The notes: generated from the sequence alone by a model not told the origin. A stretch of DNA of 64,000 bases from Candidatus Woesearchaeota archaeon (GCA_043803105.1 JAZDKJ010000008.1:32001-96000), one strand, 5' to 3'; positions 50,801-60,598 are shown, counted from the first letter of the stretch. Translations and numbers: made by a program.

Positions 50801-51766
50801 GTGGAGTCAAAAATGCGCCGTCAAGCACAAATCCAAACTCCAGAAAGCGGAAAGGCTTCTGGATATAAAATAGTTGTCAAATGTCCATTCTGCAAAAGCC
50901 AAAAATATGCAAAATGGGGCAAAAGAGTAACAGAGAATCGCGGCAAGATACAACTTTACAAATGTCAAGACTGCAACAAAAGATTTAGTAACGACGAAGG
51001 ATTTTATCGAATGAGAAACAATGAAAAAATAATAACCATGAGCATTGACATGTACCTGTCAAACCTAAGCAGTAGAAAAATGCGAAACCAACTAAACAGG
51101 CATTTTGGAACAAAGATTAGCCACATATCAATACTTGATTGGGTGAGAAAATACGTTATGAAAGTTCAAAAATATGTTAACAAATTCCAGCCAAAACTTG
51201 GAGGAAAAATCTATGCTGACGAAACAATTTGTATGCGAAAGAAAAACCAAGATGTTTTCTGGTGTTCGGTGGATTGGGACACAAGATTCATCAACGCCAC
51301 TTTATACAGTCCGCAAGACCAAAATCTCACAGACGCAACACAATTTATGAACAGCATACGAAAATCAAGCAACAGTATTTCAGAAGTAACGACTGACTCT
51401 TTAGGAGTCTATATTCCTGCATTTAAGAAGGTTTTTTACAGCAACAAAGGAAAACGAACTGAACAAACAAAACATACAGCAATCAATTTTAGCAAATCAG
51501 GAAAACATAATGTTAGGATTGAAACTGTGTTCAGCAAAATCAAAGACAGAGTCTATGACTTCCGAGGACTGAAAGCGTTATGGAGCGCTCCAATATTGTT
51601 GGCAGGAATCGTTTTACAACACAACTGGATTGAACAACACACTACGCTCAAGGATTATCCTTGCCAAAGAGCAGGACTAAAATTAGAAACAGGGCAGAAC
51701 AGGTGGCTAGGGCTTATTAGAATTGCTACAACCAGCGCAAGTAAAACAGAATTACCAAAACTATAA
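50801..51766 (+). CDS. DDE transposase, IS6/IS240-like with N-terminal zinc ribbon
   Basis: CPFC...CQDC, HTH, YADET (D), TTDS (D) and HNVRIETVFSKIKDR..FRGLK (E). Confidence 0.88.
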   Translation: MESKMRRQAQIQTPESGKASGYKIVVKCPFCKSQKYAKWGKRVTENRGKIQLYKCQDCNKRFSNDEGFYRMRNNEKIITMSIDMYLSNLSSRKMRNQLNRHFGTKISHISILDWVRKYVMKVQKYVNKFQPKLGGKIYADETICMRKKNQDVFWCSVDWDTRFINATLYSPQDQNLTDATQFMNSIRKSSNSISEVTTDSLGVYIPAFKKVFYSNKGKRTEQTKHTAINFSKSGKHNVRIETVFSKIKDRVYDFRGLKALWSAPILLAGIVLQHNWIEQHTTLKDYPCQRAGLKLETGQNRWLGLIRIATTSASKTELPKL

Positions 51767-52112
51767 TTATCAAACTTATAATCAATGAGATGCTGTGCTT
51801 TCTTAGGAACTGCAATAAAGGAATATCCTCTTTCTCGTTTTGATTTTTCGGAATTTTGTCAAAATCTTTCTTAACTTTCACCCACTCAATAACATTTTTA
51901 ATTTTTTGAATTTTCTTTTCAGCGTAGTATGAACTGCTCATCTCAGCCAACCCATATACTGAGATGATAACACCAAAGACAAAAAGACTCCAACGAATCG
52001 TTGTATTGCCATATGCATTAGCATTTGAGAATGCAAAATATACAATGAAGATACCCAATATTGCAATAAAGAAATCATACCGAACATACTTTGGAATATC
52101 TTCTGGCGACAT
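51726..52112 (-). CDS. Passenger: 3-TM membrane protein
   Basis: Three hydrophobic segments. Confidence 0.65.
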   Translation of the reverse strand: MSPEDIPKYVRYDFFIAILGIFIVYFAFSNANAYGNTTIRWSLFVFGVIISVYGLAEMSSSYYAEKKIQKIKNVIEWVKVKKDFDKIPKNQNEKEDIPLLQFLRKHSISLIISLIIIVLVILFYLRWL

Positions 52113-52121
52113 GGGTCTTCC

Positions 52122-52325
52122 TTATGAAATTAAATCATAAAACTGGTTCTTAAATATCATCAATAAGAAAGCTGCTACAAGAAACAAGGCACCAGTCTGG
52201 TTAATTTTGACTGCAAAAAAATACCATGCAGCAAGTAAACTTAAAGCAATTAGGGTAATATGCAAATTCTTTTTAACTCCCATATTGGATTTGTTACTAA
52301 AGACTATATTTAAATCTTCCTTCAT
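52122..52325 (-). CDS. Passenger: small 2-TM protein
   Basis: GGAGGTG SD; MKEDLN start. Confidence 0.6.
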   Translation of the reverse strand: MKEDLNIVFSNKSNMGVKKNLHITLIALSLLAAWYFFAVKINQTGALFLVAAFLLMIFKNQFYDLIS

Positions 52326-52521
52326 TTCAACACCTCCATTCCTCTAGAGGATGTAAAGTATTAATGTGGTTGTGAACTACCTTTTCCCATTCAGGTTTTG
52401 AATGGAAAGCATATTTAAAGAGGTCGAGAAAGCTCACGCTAACTTGAACCAACACCACTCGTTAAGTTTACATCTCAGCGCTACTAAAGATTTATAAATG
52501 TAAAGGACTTTCAAAAAACCA

Positions 52522-52680
52522 ATGGACCAGGAACTAATAATAAACATCGGGATTATCCTAACAATCGTTGCGGTTTATTTGCTCACAAGGAACAAGAGCA
52601 AGGGCAGCAAGGAATACTCAAAGCTGTACGAAGACATAATCAATGGCGACGAGCACAAGGTAAAGGGAAAGCATTATTAG
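52522..52680 (+). CDS. Small single-TM protein (52 aa, not in ORF track)
   Basis: MDQELIINIGIILTIVAVYLLTRNK...DIINGDEHKVKGKHY, downstream of a TTTATAAA box. Confidence 0.6.
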   Translation: MDQELIINIGIILTIVAVYLLTRNKSKGSKEYSKLYEDIINGDEHKVKGKHY

Positions 52681-52742
52681 ATTTCTCATGGGAATATTTA
52701 TATAGGCAGCAGCCAGTAGAGAATAAAAAAAGGGGTGCTTGG

Positions 52743-54500
52743 TTGATAGCCAGGTATAAGTTCGGAGACAAAGAGCTGCAAAAAGAGGTAGAAGGATTAG
52801 GCATAATCCTCTGCAACCGGAATGGCGGTTTCTGTTTCTTTGAAGATAGCACGAAAAGCAAGTACAATGGAGTGTTCTTTCGTGATGAACGGATTTACAA
52901 AGTGATTGAAGAGATAAGAATTAATGGCGAGATTCTAGGCATAACAAACAAGCTGTGGCAAGTTGAAAGGGAAAGAAAAGGGTTTAGGGAAACCTTCTTC
53001 ATGCCCTGTGGCACCAACAGCTTTGTCCACGAAACAGACAAGCGTGTAGAGGTACAGCTGATTCTTGACGTCAGGGAGCCGTATGATCAAAGCGAATGGG
53101 GCAGGATGTATTCGATTGAGCAGGAGAAGAATTGCATTATCATCAGGTATGACAAGAAAAGGGACGAGCGCGAAGGGAGCCAAGAAGAGTTCACGAGATA
53201 CCTTGCTATAAGCGGGAGAATAGAATCATTCAGGGAAAACAAAGAATGGATCAGGCAAAGTTATGAAAAAGACGCTCTGCGAAAAGACGTTCATTATGAA
53301 AGGTTTGTTTTCAACGCGCTGTGTTTTGAGACTGACTGCTTTGTGGCAAGCTTTAGTGCAAATCGCAAGAAGGCGATTGCTGAGTCCAGGGAGGTTTACA
53401 GGAAACTGGGGAAGATGAAGGATTTGGCAAGAAAAGAGGCACATCAGGAACTCACACAATCAGAGGAAGGCTTTGCCGCGCTTTGTGCAAGGCACTCGCT
53501 CCTTGGGCTATATCAACAGCCGCTTCAGGGAATTTATGCAGGGCTACCTTGGTTCTTCCAATTATGGACTCGAGACGAGCTTATTTCTGCACGTGCGCTT
53601 TCTATGATTGACTTTGAGGCTGGCAAGAAAATACTTTTCAAGCAACTGGGGGCAATAGGGTACGACGGGAAAATGCCGAGCATGCCGGACTCGCAGCTTG
53701 CGTCCTGCGATGCCCCAGGGTGGCTTTTCATGCTTGGAAAGGAGATCTATACAAAGCTCACAAAAAAGGAACAAAATCTTCTCATTGAAGGGTTGTTGCA
53801 TGTGCTTTACCTCGTGATAAAGTTCCAGACCCAGGATGAACTAATGTTCAACAAGGGAAAAGAGACCTGGATGGACACAAGCTTTGGGGATGATGAGCGG
53901 GCAGGCTACTGCATAGAGATGCAGGCAATGCTACTTTTCATGTACAAGACCATGTATGAGCTTACGATGAACAGCAGATACAAGGTGTTTGAAGAGAAGC
54001 TAAAGGAGAAGGTTAGGGATAAATTCTGGAATGGGGAATGGCTGAAGGATAGGGTTGGAGACGACACAAAAAGGCCTAATGTGTTCATCGCAGCGTATTT
54101 TTATCCAGGGCTCTTGAGTTCAGAAGAATGGAGAAAATGCTTCACAAATATTCTTGATGCATTGTGGCTGGACTGGGGGGGATTGTCAAGCATCGACAAG
54201 CAGAGCCCATTGTTTGTGGAGCAATACACGGGAACTGACAACAGGAGCTATCATAGAGGAGACTCATGGTATTATCTGAACAACATGGCTGCAGTGGTGC
54301 TTGCCCGGCTTGGCGGCTTTGATGATTATGTCAAGAAGATTGTGGATGCGAGCACAAAAGAGATACTCTGGCAGGGAGCAAGCGGACATCATGCAGAGGT
54401 CAGTTCAGCAAAGGAGCAAAGAAGCGAGGGATGCGTTGCACAGGCGTGGAGCGCTGCAACATATCTTGAGATGGTCAATGAAGCAAAAGCTTTGCGATAA
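52743..54500 (+). CDS. Amylo-alpha-1,6-glucosidase (glycogen debranching enzyme)
   Basis: YAGLPWFFQLWTRDELIS, ETWMDT, RPN, SYHRGDSW and QAWSAA. Confidence 0.9.
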   Translation: MIARYKFGDKELQKEVEGLGIILCNRNGGFCFFEDSTKSKYNGVFFRDERIYKVIEEIRINGEILGITNKLWQVERERKGFRETFFMPCGTNSFVHETDKRVEVQLILDVREPYDQSEWGRMYSIEQEKNCIIIRYDKKRDEREGSQEEFTRYLAISGRIESFRENKEWIRQSYEKDALRKDVHYERFVFNALCFETDCFVASFSANRKKAIAESREVYRKLGKMKDLARKEAHQELTQSEEGFAALCARHSLLGLYQQPLQGIYAGLPWFFQLWTRDELISARALSMIDFEAGKKILFKQLGAIGYDGKMPSMPDSQLASCDAPGWLFMLGKEIYTKLTKKEQNLLIEGLLHVLYLVIKFQTQDELMFNKGKETWMDTSFGDDERAGYCIEMQAMLLFMYKTMYELTMNSRYKVFEEKLKEKVRDKFWNGEWLKDRVGDDTKRPNVFIAAYFYPGLLSSEEWRKCFTNILDALWLDWGGLSSIDKQSPLFVEQYTGTDNRSYHRGDSWYYLNNMAAVVLARLGGFDDYVKKIVDASTKEILWQGASGHHAEVSSAKEQRSEGCVAQAWSAATYLEMVNEAKALR

Positions 54501-54906
54501 ACAGCCCGATGATGATGCCAAGGGCAATGCCGCCGAAAAAATCCAGCAGGCCAGAATTGATATGCTCTGCGTGCGTTTTATGGTTTATAGGTTCTTCAGA
54601 ATGTTCAGGCTCTTCAGACAATCCCTGGCTTGAAGTCAACGAAAGTATGCGTGTCCTGACAGCAGCAATCATGTCCTCCTGAGCTGGCTTTTCAGAGAAC
54701 TCTGTTGCGAGGAGAGAGTCCTGCAGGACAACATCTGTCCATGACTTGAAATCATTCTTATCCTGGTTCACGTGGTGGGCAAAGGTCTCTTGGCTCATGA
54801 TTGCGAGCCTGTCATGAAGCTCGAAAATGTTCTTTATCACAGTGCCGTCATGGACATAAAAATAGTGCTCAGGCATGACATCATCAAGCAGGGTTTTTTC
54901 ACTCAT
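54475..54906 (-). CDS. DUF5752-like small domain with C-terminal TM
   Basis: FYVHDG..IKNI.EL...FAHHVNQDKNDF..W. Confidence 0.7.
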   Translation of the reverse strand: MSEKTLLDDVMPEHYFYVHDGTVIKNIFELHDRLAIMSQETFAHHVNQDKNDFKSWTDVVLQDSLLATEFSEKPAQEDMIAAVRTRILSLTSSQGLSEEPEHSEEPINHKTHAEHINSGLLDFFGGIALGIIIGLFIAKLLLH

Positions 54907-55277
54907 TTTTTGTGCTCAAGACTCTTAACCATCTTTCGCAGAAGCACGAGCTCTGCATCAAGCTTTGAGTTTATATTCCTCAATTCGTTCGCGAGTTCGG
55001 GCTCTTCAAACACATCATTCACCCAGTTGCTAAAGTCATTGCGCTCGTCATTGACATGATGCCTGAAAACATCGTCGGGCATATCCTGCAGCGCATGGAT
55101 AAGGTCATAGAGGCTGTTTAGCCTTCGGCCATCAGCGAGCAAAAAACCGACCTCTTCAGGGGCCTTGCCCAAGACCTTCCTTACCACCTTCAACTGCACC
55201 GGGTGCTCTACACGCTTAGGTTGCTTTGAAGTGTGCTTAGAATGCTTTACAGTAGGATGCTTCTTCAACTGTACCAC
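54903..55277 (-). CDS. DUF5752-like small protein
   Basis: FLLADG..LNSL.DL...FRHHVNDERNDFSNWV; paralogue of its neighbour. Confidence 0.75.
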   Translation of the reverse strand: MVQLKKHPTVKHSKHTSKQPKRVEHPVQLKVVRKVLGKAPEEVGFLLADGRRLNSLYDLIHALQDMPDDVFRHHVNDERNDFSNWVNDVFEEPELANELRNINSKLDAELVLLRKMVKSLEHKK

Positions 55278-55284
55278 CTCTTTT

Positions 55285-56508
55285 TTAAACTAACTGTGAA
55301 AGTGCTGGAGCACTGGTATTTAAATTCTTTCCTTTTATGCGCTGCTGCAGGTCATTCATGATGTTCATGAAAGCGATAAAGCCCTCATAAGGAGTTTCGT
55401 AAGGGTTGAAGTACTTGTGGACATCACCATCGTTGAACCACTTGGTGCACATGTAATAGAAATGGTCAGAGGTCTGCAGCTTTCTCCAATCCTCAAGTAC
55501 CTTAGGGTCATTTGACGCCTTGACTGAATTCTCCATGGCAAAGATGTGATGCATGGCAGACTGCTGCATCCTGTTGCCGAGCCAGGCAGAGAGGTCACGC
55601 TCGATATCTGCCCAAGAAACAGGGTGATGGATGTCAAGATATCCGACAGAAGGGTAGCTATCCACCACCTGACTTGGAGTCTTAAAATTATTGTCAGGAT
55701 GCTTCAAAAGCTCAAATGGAAGATGGGACATGAAATTGAATATGCCTGTATCCTCCCACTGATGCTCGCCAAAGGTCTCGTAATCCATGAAAAGGTTCAC
55801 AACATGGCCATTGCCGTTCACAGCATTAACCCAGTTTGAATATTTCTCCACATTAAGGGGCCACTCTTTCCAGCCCTTGTCAGAGAACCTGAAAGCAATA
55901 TCATCAGACAAACGATAATTCTTCAGGAGAAGCTTAATCGATTTTGTGGTTGCCGGGCTATAAACAAAGTTAGGAGACCTCCAGCCAAGAATGTGGTCAG
56001 CACCCTCTGCAAGAATGCCTTTGTAGCCGAGACCCTCGATATAATGGGCAAGCTCGTTATTGTAAATCAATTCAGTGTTCCTAAAGACCTTAGGCGTCTG
56101 ATGAAACAGCCCCTGAATTTTCTTCCTATGTAAGGCGAGCTGTTCCCTAAACTCTTCCTTGGAATAGAGAAAGGATAAGCTATGATGATAAGTCTCTCCA
56201 AGAAACTCAACATTGCCGGTTGAAGCCAATTCCTGGAAACTGTCAATCACTTTAGGAGCAAAACTTTCGAACTGCTCCAAGGCAACGCCGGTGATGCTGT
56301 AAGCAATCTTAAAGCGGCCGTCAGTCCGATGGATTAAGTCAAGCATTAGCTTGTTAGTCGGAAGATAGCATTTCCTTGCAACCTTTTCAATGATCGCCTT
56401 GTTCTTCGCGTCGTCATAATAATTAGAGCCGCTGCCAATCTCAAAGACAGAATACTTCCTTAGGCGCGTAGGTTGGTGCACCTGAAAATAAAAGCAGACA
56501 CTGACCAT
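55285..56508 (-). CDS. Glycoside hydrolase family 57 (alpha-amylase-like)
   Basis: FQVHQP, FRNTEL, DYETFGEH and QTSDHFYY. Confidence 0.95.
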   Translation of the reverse strand: MVSVCFYFQVHQPTRLRKYSVFEIGSGSNYYDDAKNKAIIEKVARKCYLPTNKLMLDLIHRTDGRFKIAYSITGVALEQFESFAPKVIDSFQELASTGNVEFLGETYHHSLSFLYSKEEFREQLALHRKKIQGLFHQTPKVFRNTELIYNNELAHYIEGLGYKGILAEGADHILGWRSPNFVYSPATTKSIKLLLKNYRLSDDIAFRFSDKGWKEWPLNVEKYSNWVNAVNGNGHVVNLFMDYETFGEHQWEDTGIFNFMSHLPFELLKHPDNNFKTPSQVVDSYPSVGYLDIHHPVSWADIERDLSAWLGNRMQQSAMHHIFAMENSVKASNDPKVLEDWRKLQTSDHFYYMCTKWFNDGDVHKYFNPYETPYEGFIAFMNIMNDLQQRIKGKNLNTSAPALSQLV

Positions 56509-57732
56509 CTAAGTGATCCCCAACACCTGATTGTAGACCTTTATGCACTTTGCGGCAGGCTCGTTCCAGTTAAACTTCCTGACCTCAAGGCTCCCTGAAT
56601 CTGAAAGGCACTCATGCAATTCTTTGTAGCGCAGCACGCTGATGATCTTGTTTGCCATCTCATCAATATCCCAGAAATCAATCTTGAAGCAATGATTGAT
56701 GACTTCAGAGACGCCTGATTGTTTTGAGATAATGACTGGGGTACCGTTTCTCATGGCCTCCAATGGGGTTATCCCAAAGGGCTCTGAGACAGAGGGCATG
56801 ACATAAAGGTCTGCCATCTTGTAAGCGCGGTCAATGTCTTTGCCTCGCATAAAGCCAGCGAAGAGGACCTTGTCAGCAATACCAAGCTCAGCAGCCTTGT
56901 CAATCATGAAGTGCTCCATGTCGCCTGTGCCAACCACAAGGAATTTGACATTCTTCTCATAATCCAAGACCTTTCTTGCAGCATAAAGGAAATACTCAGG
57001 CCCTTTCTGCAATGTAATCCTGCCGAGGAACAAGACAATCCTGTCGTTCTTCTTTATCGGGAAATCCTGATAAGGCATCGGATCAGAAAACTCGACTGCA
57101 TTGTGTACAACCTCAACCTTGTCAGGAGAGACGCCGTAATGCTCGACCACCTTCTGCTTTGTAAAATTGCTCACTGCACAGATCTTGTCTGCAGTATGAA
57201 ATCCTTCGCGCTCGATATCATAGACGACCTGGTTCGGGTTTCCGCCAGTCCTGTCAAACTCTGTTGCGTGGATGTGAAGCACAAGGGGCTTTTTAGTCAT
57301 GCGCTTGACCTGAATTCCGGCAGGATAAGTCATCCAATCATGGCAGTGGATTACATCAAACTTTGTTTGCTTTGCAATGTGGCGAGCCTGCTGGGAATAC
57401 CTGTAAACCTCCTGGTAGAGATTTGAGCCGTACATTGTCTTTGAATCATTTGCTTTCTTTGACGCGAAATCTCTCAATCTTGCACTGTACGCTACCGAGC
57501 TTATGTACGGTACCAGCAGTGAATCAATCTCCTTGATTTTTAATCCACGCTTAACCTGGTCTGCGACAACAAGGTCAACATGGCTTTTGCCGAGCTCGCC
57601 TAAAGCCTTTGGAATAACAAAGGTAACGTCCACGCCTTGATTTGTCAAACCTTTAGTGAGACCAAAACAAGCAGTGCCAAGGCCTCCGCTGTTGTATGGA
57701 GGGAACTCCCAACCGAACATCAACACACGCAC
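56509..57732 (-). CDS. GT4 glycosyltransferase (glycogen/alpha-glucan synthesis)
   Basis: VLMFGWEFPP..SGGLG, HCHDW and SEPFGITPLEA; GTG start at 57732 after GAGGTG. Confidence 0.92.
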   Translation of the reverse strand: MRVLMFGWEFPPYNSGGLGTACFGLTKGLTNQGVDVTFVIPKALGELGKSHVDLVVADQVKRGLKIKEIDSLLVPYISSVAYSARLRDFASKKANDSKTMYGSNLYQEVYRYSQQARHIAKQTKFDVIHCHDWMTYPAGIQVKRMTKKPLVLHIHATEFDRTGGNPNQVVYDIEREGFHTADKICAVSNFTKQKVVEHYGVSPDKVEVVHNAVEFSDPMPYQDFPIKKNDRIVLFLGRITLQKGPEYFLYAARKVLDYEKNVKFLVVGTGDMEHFMIDKAAELGIADKVLFAGFMRGKDIDRAYKMADLYVMPSVSEPFGITPLEAMRNGTPVIISKQSGVSEVINHCFKIDFWDIDEMANKIISVLRYKELHECLSDSGSLEVRKFNWNEPAAKCIKVYNQVLGIT

Positions 57733-57977
57733 AAGAGCACCTCTAGAGAATAGAATATACCAAACACTCCTTTTTTCATGTGAATGTCTCTTTTTTATCG
57801 GATTCTTGACTATCCAGGTACATTTTCGCACTTGCCCATATATATATTTTTCCGTTTTAAAATAGACTCAACGTTTGCTCAGGAATTGGTAATGGAAACA
57901 TATTTATAGCAGTTGGCAGGAGGCAACTGACAAGGGCATGTACTTTATTGCATTAACAAGACACAAACTGGTGGAAA

Positions 57978-58559
57978 ATGGTAAGACTTGACAAGCAGGA
58001 AGTGGAGATTGTAAGACAGCTTGTCCTGGATCCAAGGATATCTGACAACCAGATAAGCAAGAACGCAAAGATACCTTTGAAGTCTGTGAACAGGAAAAGA
58101 AAAAACCTCGAGGCAAAGGGGCTATTGTACTATTTTACATACCTTGACACCAGCAGCACAGGCACAGGGGCCTTTGGTGCAAGAGACATGTACATTATCA
58201 AATTAAGGCTTGGAATCACGAGAAAGGAATTCATAGAAAAAATAATGGGGCTCGAGTCAAACTATCTCAAGCAGAAACACGTGCTTGCCTCAGCAGTAGG
58301 AGAGTATGAAGGCAGGCTCGCGTTTGTCATGATAATCGAGTCAAGGCTTGCGACAGACATCATGGAGATTTTTAATGCAGAATTCGTGCCGGAACTAAAC
58401 AAGGTGTTTGGCGCCGGAGCAATAGACAAGGTTATCACAATAAGGCTTGACACAATCCTCAGACTACTCCATAATTACATACCGCCAGTCAACATGAAGG
58501 CAGGCTATATCATCAAGGAATGGGGCCACAAGAACGTTTTTGTTGATGACATAGATTAG
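57978..58559 (+). CDS. Lrp/AsnC-like HTH regulator
   Basis: LDKQEVEIVRQL..DPRISD..IS......KSV.RKRK.LE. Confidence 0.75.
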   Translation: MVRLDKQEVEIVRQLVLDPRISDNQISKNAKIPLKSVNRKRKNLEAKGLLYYFTYLDTSSTGTGAFGARDMYIIKLRLGITRKEFIEKIMGLESNYLKQKHVLASAVGEYEGRLAFVMIIESRLATDIMEIFNAEFVPELNKVFGAGAIDKVITIRLDTILRLLHNYIPPVNMKAGYIIKEWGHKNVFVDDID

Positions 58560-58647
58560 TACGCTTCTATTATAGTTGTCGGTTGGCACAGAACAAAAAG
58601 TTATTATAGTGGGAACAATGAACCAAGCATAAAAAAGGGGTGAAATA

Positions 58648-60441
58648 ACGGTAGAAAGGAAAGCGGACATTCTATTTGAAGCATCGTGGGAAATATGCAA
58701 CAAAGTCGGTGGAATATACACTGTGGTAAAGTCCAAGATCAGGCCGACGCAGGAGAGGTACGGAGAGAACTATTTCCTATTCGGGCCATACTTCCCAAAA
58801 AAGGTGCAGGGAGAATTTGAAGAGAAAGTGCCGCGCGATTTCCTGAGGCAGCCGTTCGATACGGTGCGAAAGGAAGGAATTGTCTGCCACTTTGGGAACT
58901 GGCTTGTGCCCGGAAACCCGAACACTATACTCATAGACTTCTCAAACTATGCAGTGCAGAAGAACTCGATAAAGACGATGTACTGGGAAGAGTACAAGAT
59001 AGACTCGATGAACACAGAGTATTTTGACTATGACGAGCCTATGGTATGGTCAACAGCTGTCGGCAGGGTGATTGAAGAAATAATGAAAGAGCTCAAAGAC
59101 AAGAAGGCTGTGGCACACCTGCACGAATGGCTTGCTGGGGGAGCACTGCTTCATCTCGCTTCAAGGAAAGTGAAGATAGGGACAGTATTCACTACACATG
59201 CGACAATGCTCGGGAGAACGCTTGCATCACATAACATAAACCTTTATTCAGAGTTGAAGAGCATTGATCCAGAAAAGGCTGCATACACATACAAAGTGGC
59301 AACAAAATTCCAGACTGAAAGGGCGTGTGCGCAGCACGCAAGCGTATTTACCACAGTGTCAGAAATAACAGGAATGGAGGCAGAGCATTTCTTTTCGAGA
59401 AAGCCTGACATACTATTATTGAACGGGCTTGACCTCACAAAATTCCCGACATTTGAGGAGAGCACAATAAAGCATCGGGCATTCAGGACACACATAAGGG
59501 AATTCCTGATGTACTACTTTTTCCCGTACTACTCATTCAACCTGCAGGAAACACTGATATATTTCATCTGCGGAAGGTACGAGTTCCATGACAAGGGAAT
59601 CGACATACTGATAAAAGCGCTGGGCAAACTGAACGAGCAACTCAAAAAAGAGAAGTCATCAAGAAATGTCGTATGCTTTTTTTGGATACCAGGAAACATC
59701 AAGGGAATAAAGCCTGAGCTTCTTGAAAGCAAAACATACTACAACGATGTCAAGGATTCGCTTGATGATTCAATGGAAGACATAAAGAACAGGCTAGTGT
59801 TCAGGACGATTGCAGATGAGAAAATCTCGACAGAGACACTGTTTGACCATGAGCTTGTCCAGGAGATTAAACGCAAGGTGCTAAAGCTAAAGAGGAATGG
59901 CTCACCTGGGCTTTGCACCCATGACCTTTATGATGAGGGAAACGATGCAATACTTAATGCGCTGAAAAAAGAAAGGCTGCTAAACAAGAAGGATGACAAA
60001 GTCAGGGTGGTCTATTACCCGATCTACCTAACCGGGGCAGACGGTATGCTGGACCTCGGCTATTACGAAAGCATGCAGGGAAGCCATCTGGGAATATTCC
60101 CGTCAGTCTACGAGCCTTGGGGATACACTCCTCTCGAATCAGGCGCATTAGGCGTACCTGCAATAACAACTGACCTTGCAGGATTTGGAAGGTATATCAG
60201 CGGGCACATCAATGAGGAAGCTCCCGGAATATTTGTGCTTCACAGGTTCAACAAGACAGATGACGAGGCAACAGAGGAACTGGCAGGAATACTCTTAAAC
60301 TTTGCAAAGCTCACAAAGCAGAAAAGAGTCCAGAACAAGATAGAGGCAAAAAACCTAGCAGCAACAGCAGACTGGAAGAAGTTCATAGAGCTTTACATCA
60401 CAGCGCACAACATGGCGATTGAAAGGGCGTATTCTAAATAG
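58648..60441 (+). CDS. GT3 glycogen (starch) synthase, probable ACG start
   Basis: Conserved LFEASWEICNKVGGIYTV lies upstream of the track's start (58723); also HEW, FTTHAT.LGR, GRYEF..KG and YEPWGYTPLE. Confidence 0.92.
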   Translation, partial: TVERKADILFEASWEICNKVGGIYTVVKSKIRPTQERYGENYFLFGPYFPKKVQGEFEEKVPRDFLRQPFDTVRKEGIVCHFGNWLVPGNPNTILIDFSNYAVQKNSIKTMYWEEYKIDSMNTEYFDYDEPMVWSTAVGRVIEEIMKELKDKKAVAHLHEWLAGGALLHLASRKVKIGTVFTTHATMLGRTLASHNINLYSELKSIDPEKAAYTYKVATKFQTERACAQHASVFTTVSEITGMEAEHFFSRKPDILLLNGLDLTKFPTFEESTIKHRAFRTHIREFLMYYFFPYYSFNLQETLIYFICGRYEFHDKGIDILIKALGKLNEQLKKEKSSRNVVCFFWIPGNIKGIKPELLESKTYYNDVKDSLDDSMEDIKNRLVFRTIADEKISTETLFDHELVQEIKRKVLKLKRNGSPGLCTHDLYDEGNDAILNALKKERLLNKKDDKVRVVYYPIYLTGADGMLDLGYYESMQGSHLGIFPSVYEPWGYTPLESGALGVPAITTDLAGFGRYISGHINEEAPGIFVLHRFNKTDDEATEELAGILLNFAKLTKQKRVQNKIEAKNLAATADWKKFIELYITAHNMAIERAYSK

Positions 60442-60598
60442 GGATTAGGATTTGGAGTTGAAATGGTCAATGTAAAACAACATCGCAAGGCGACGTAATC
60501 ATTTGGAACTTTCGGTCAAGCTATTTTCTGTCTGTCTGAATTAATTTGTCGAAACCTTTATATATACGACGACACGGATAATAATTGGGTGGTGTCTT

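Larger units (their letters stand above)
48089..52477. mobile_element. 4389-bp cargo transposon with IS6-like transposase, 24-bp imperfect TIRs and 9-bp TSD
   Basis: TSD GCGCTACTA at 48080-88 and 52478-86. Left end TGGGCTGTTAATTTAACGAGTGGT vs reverse-complemented right end TGAGATGTAAACTTAACGAGTGGT (20/24). Perfect 18-bp subterminal inverted repeat at 48119-36 and 52367-84. Interior is visibly more AT-rich. Confidence 0.9.
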
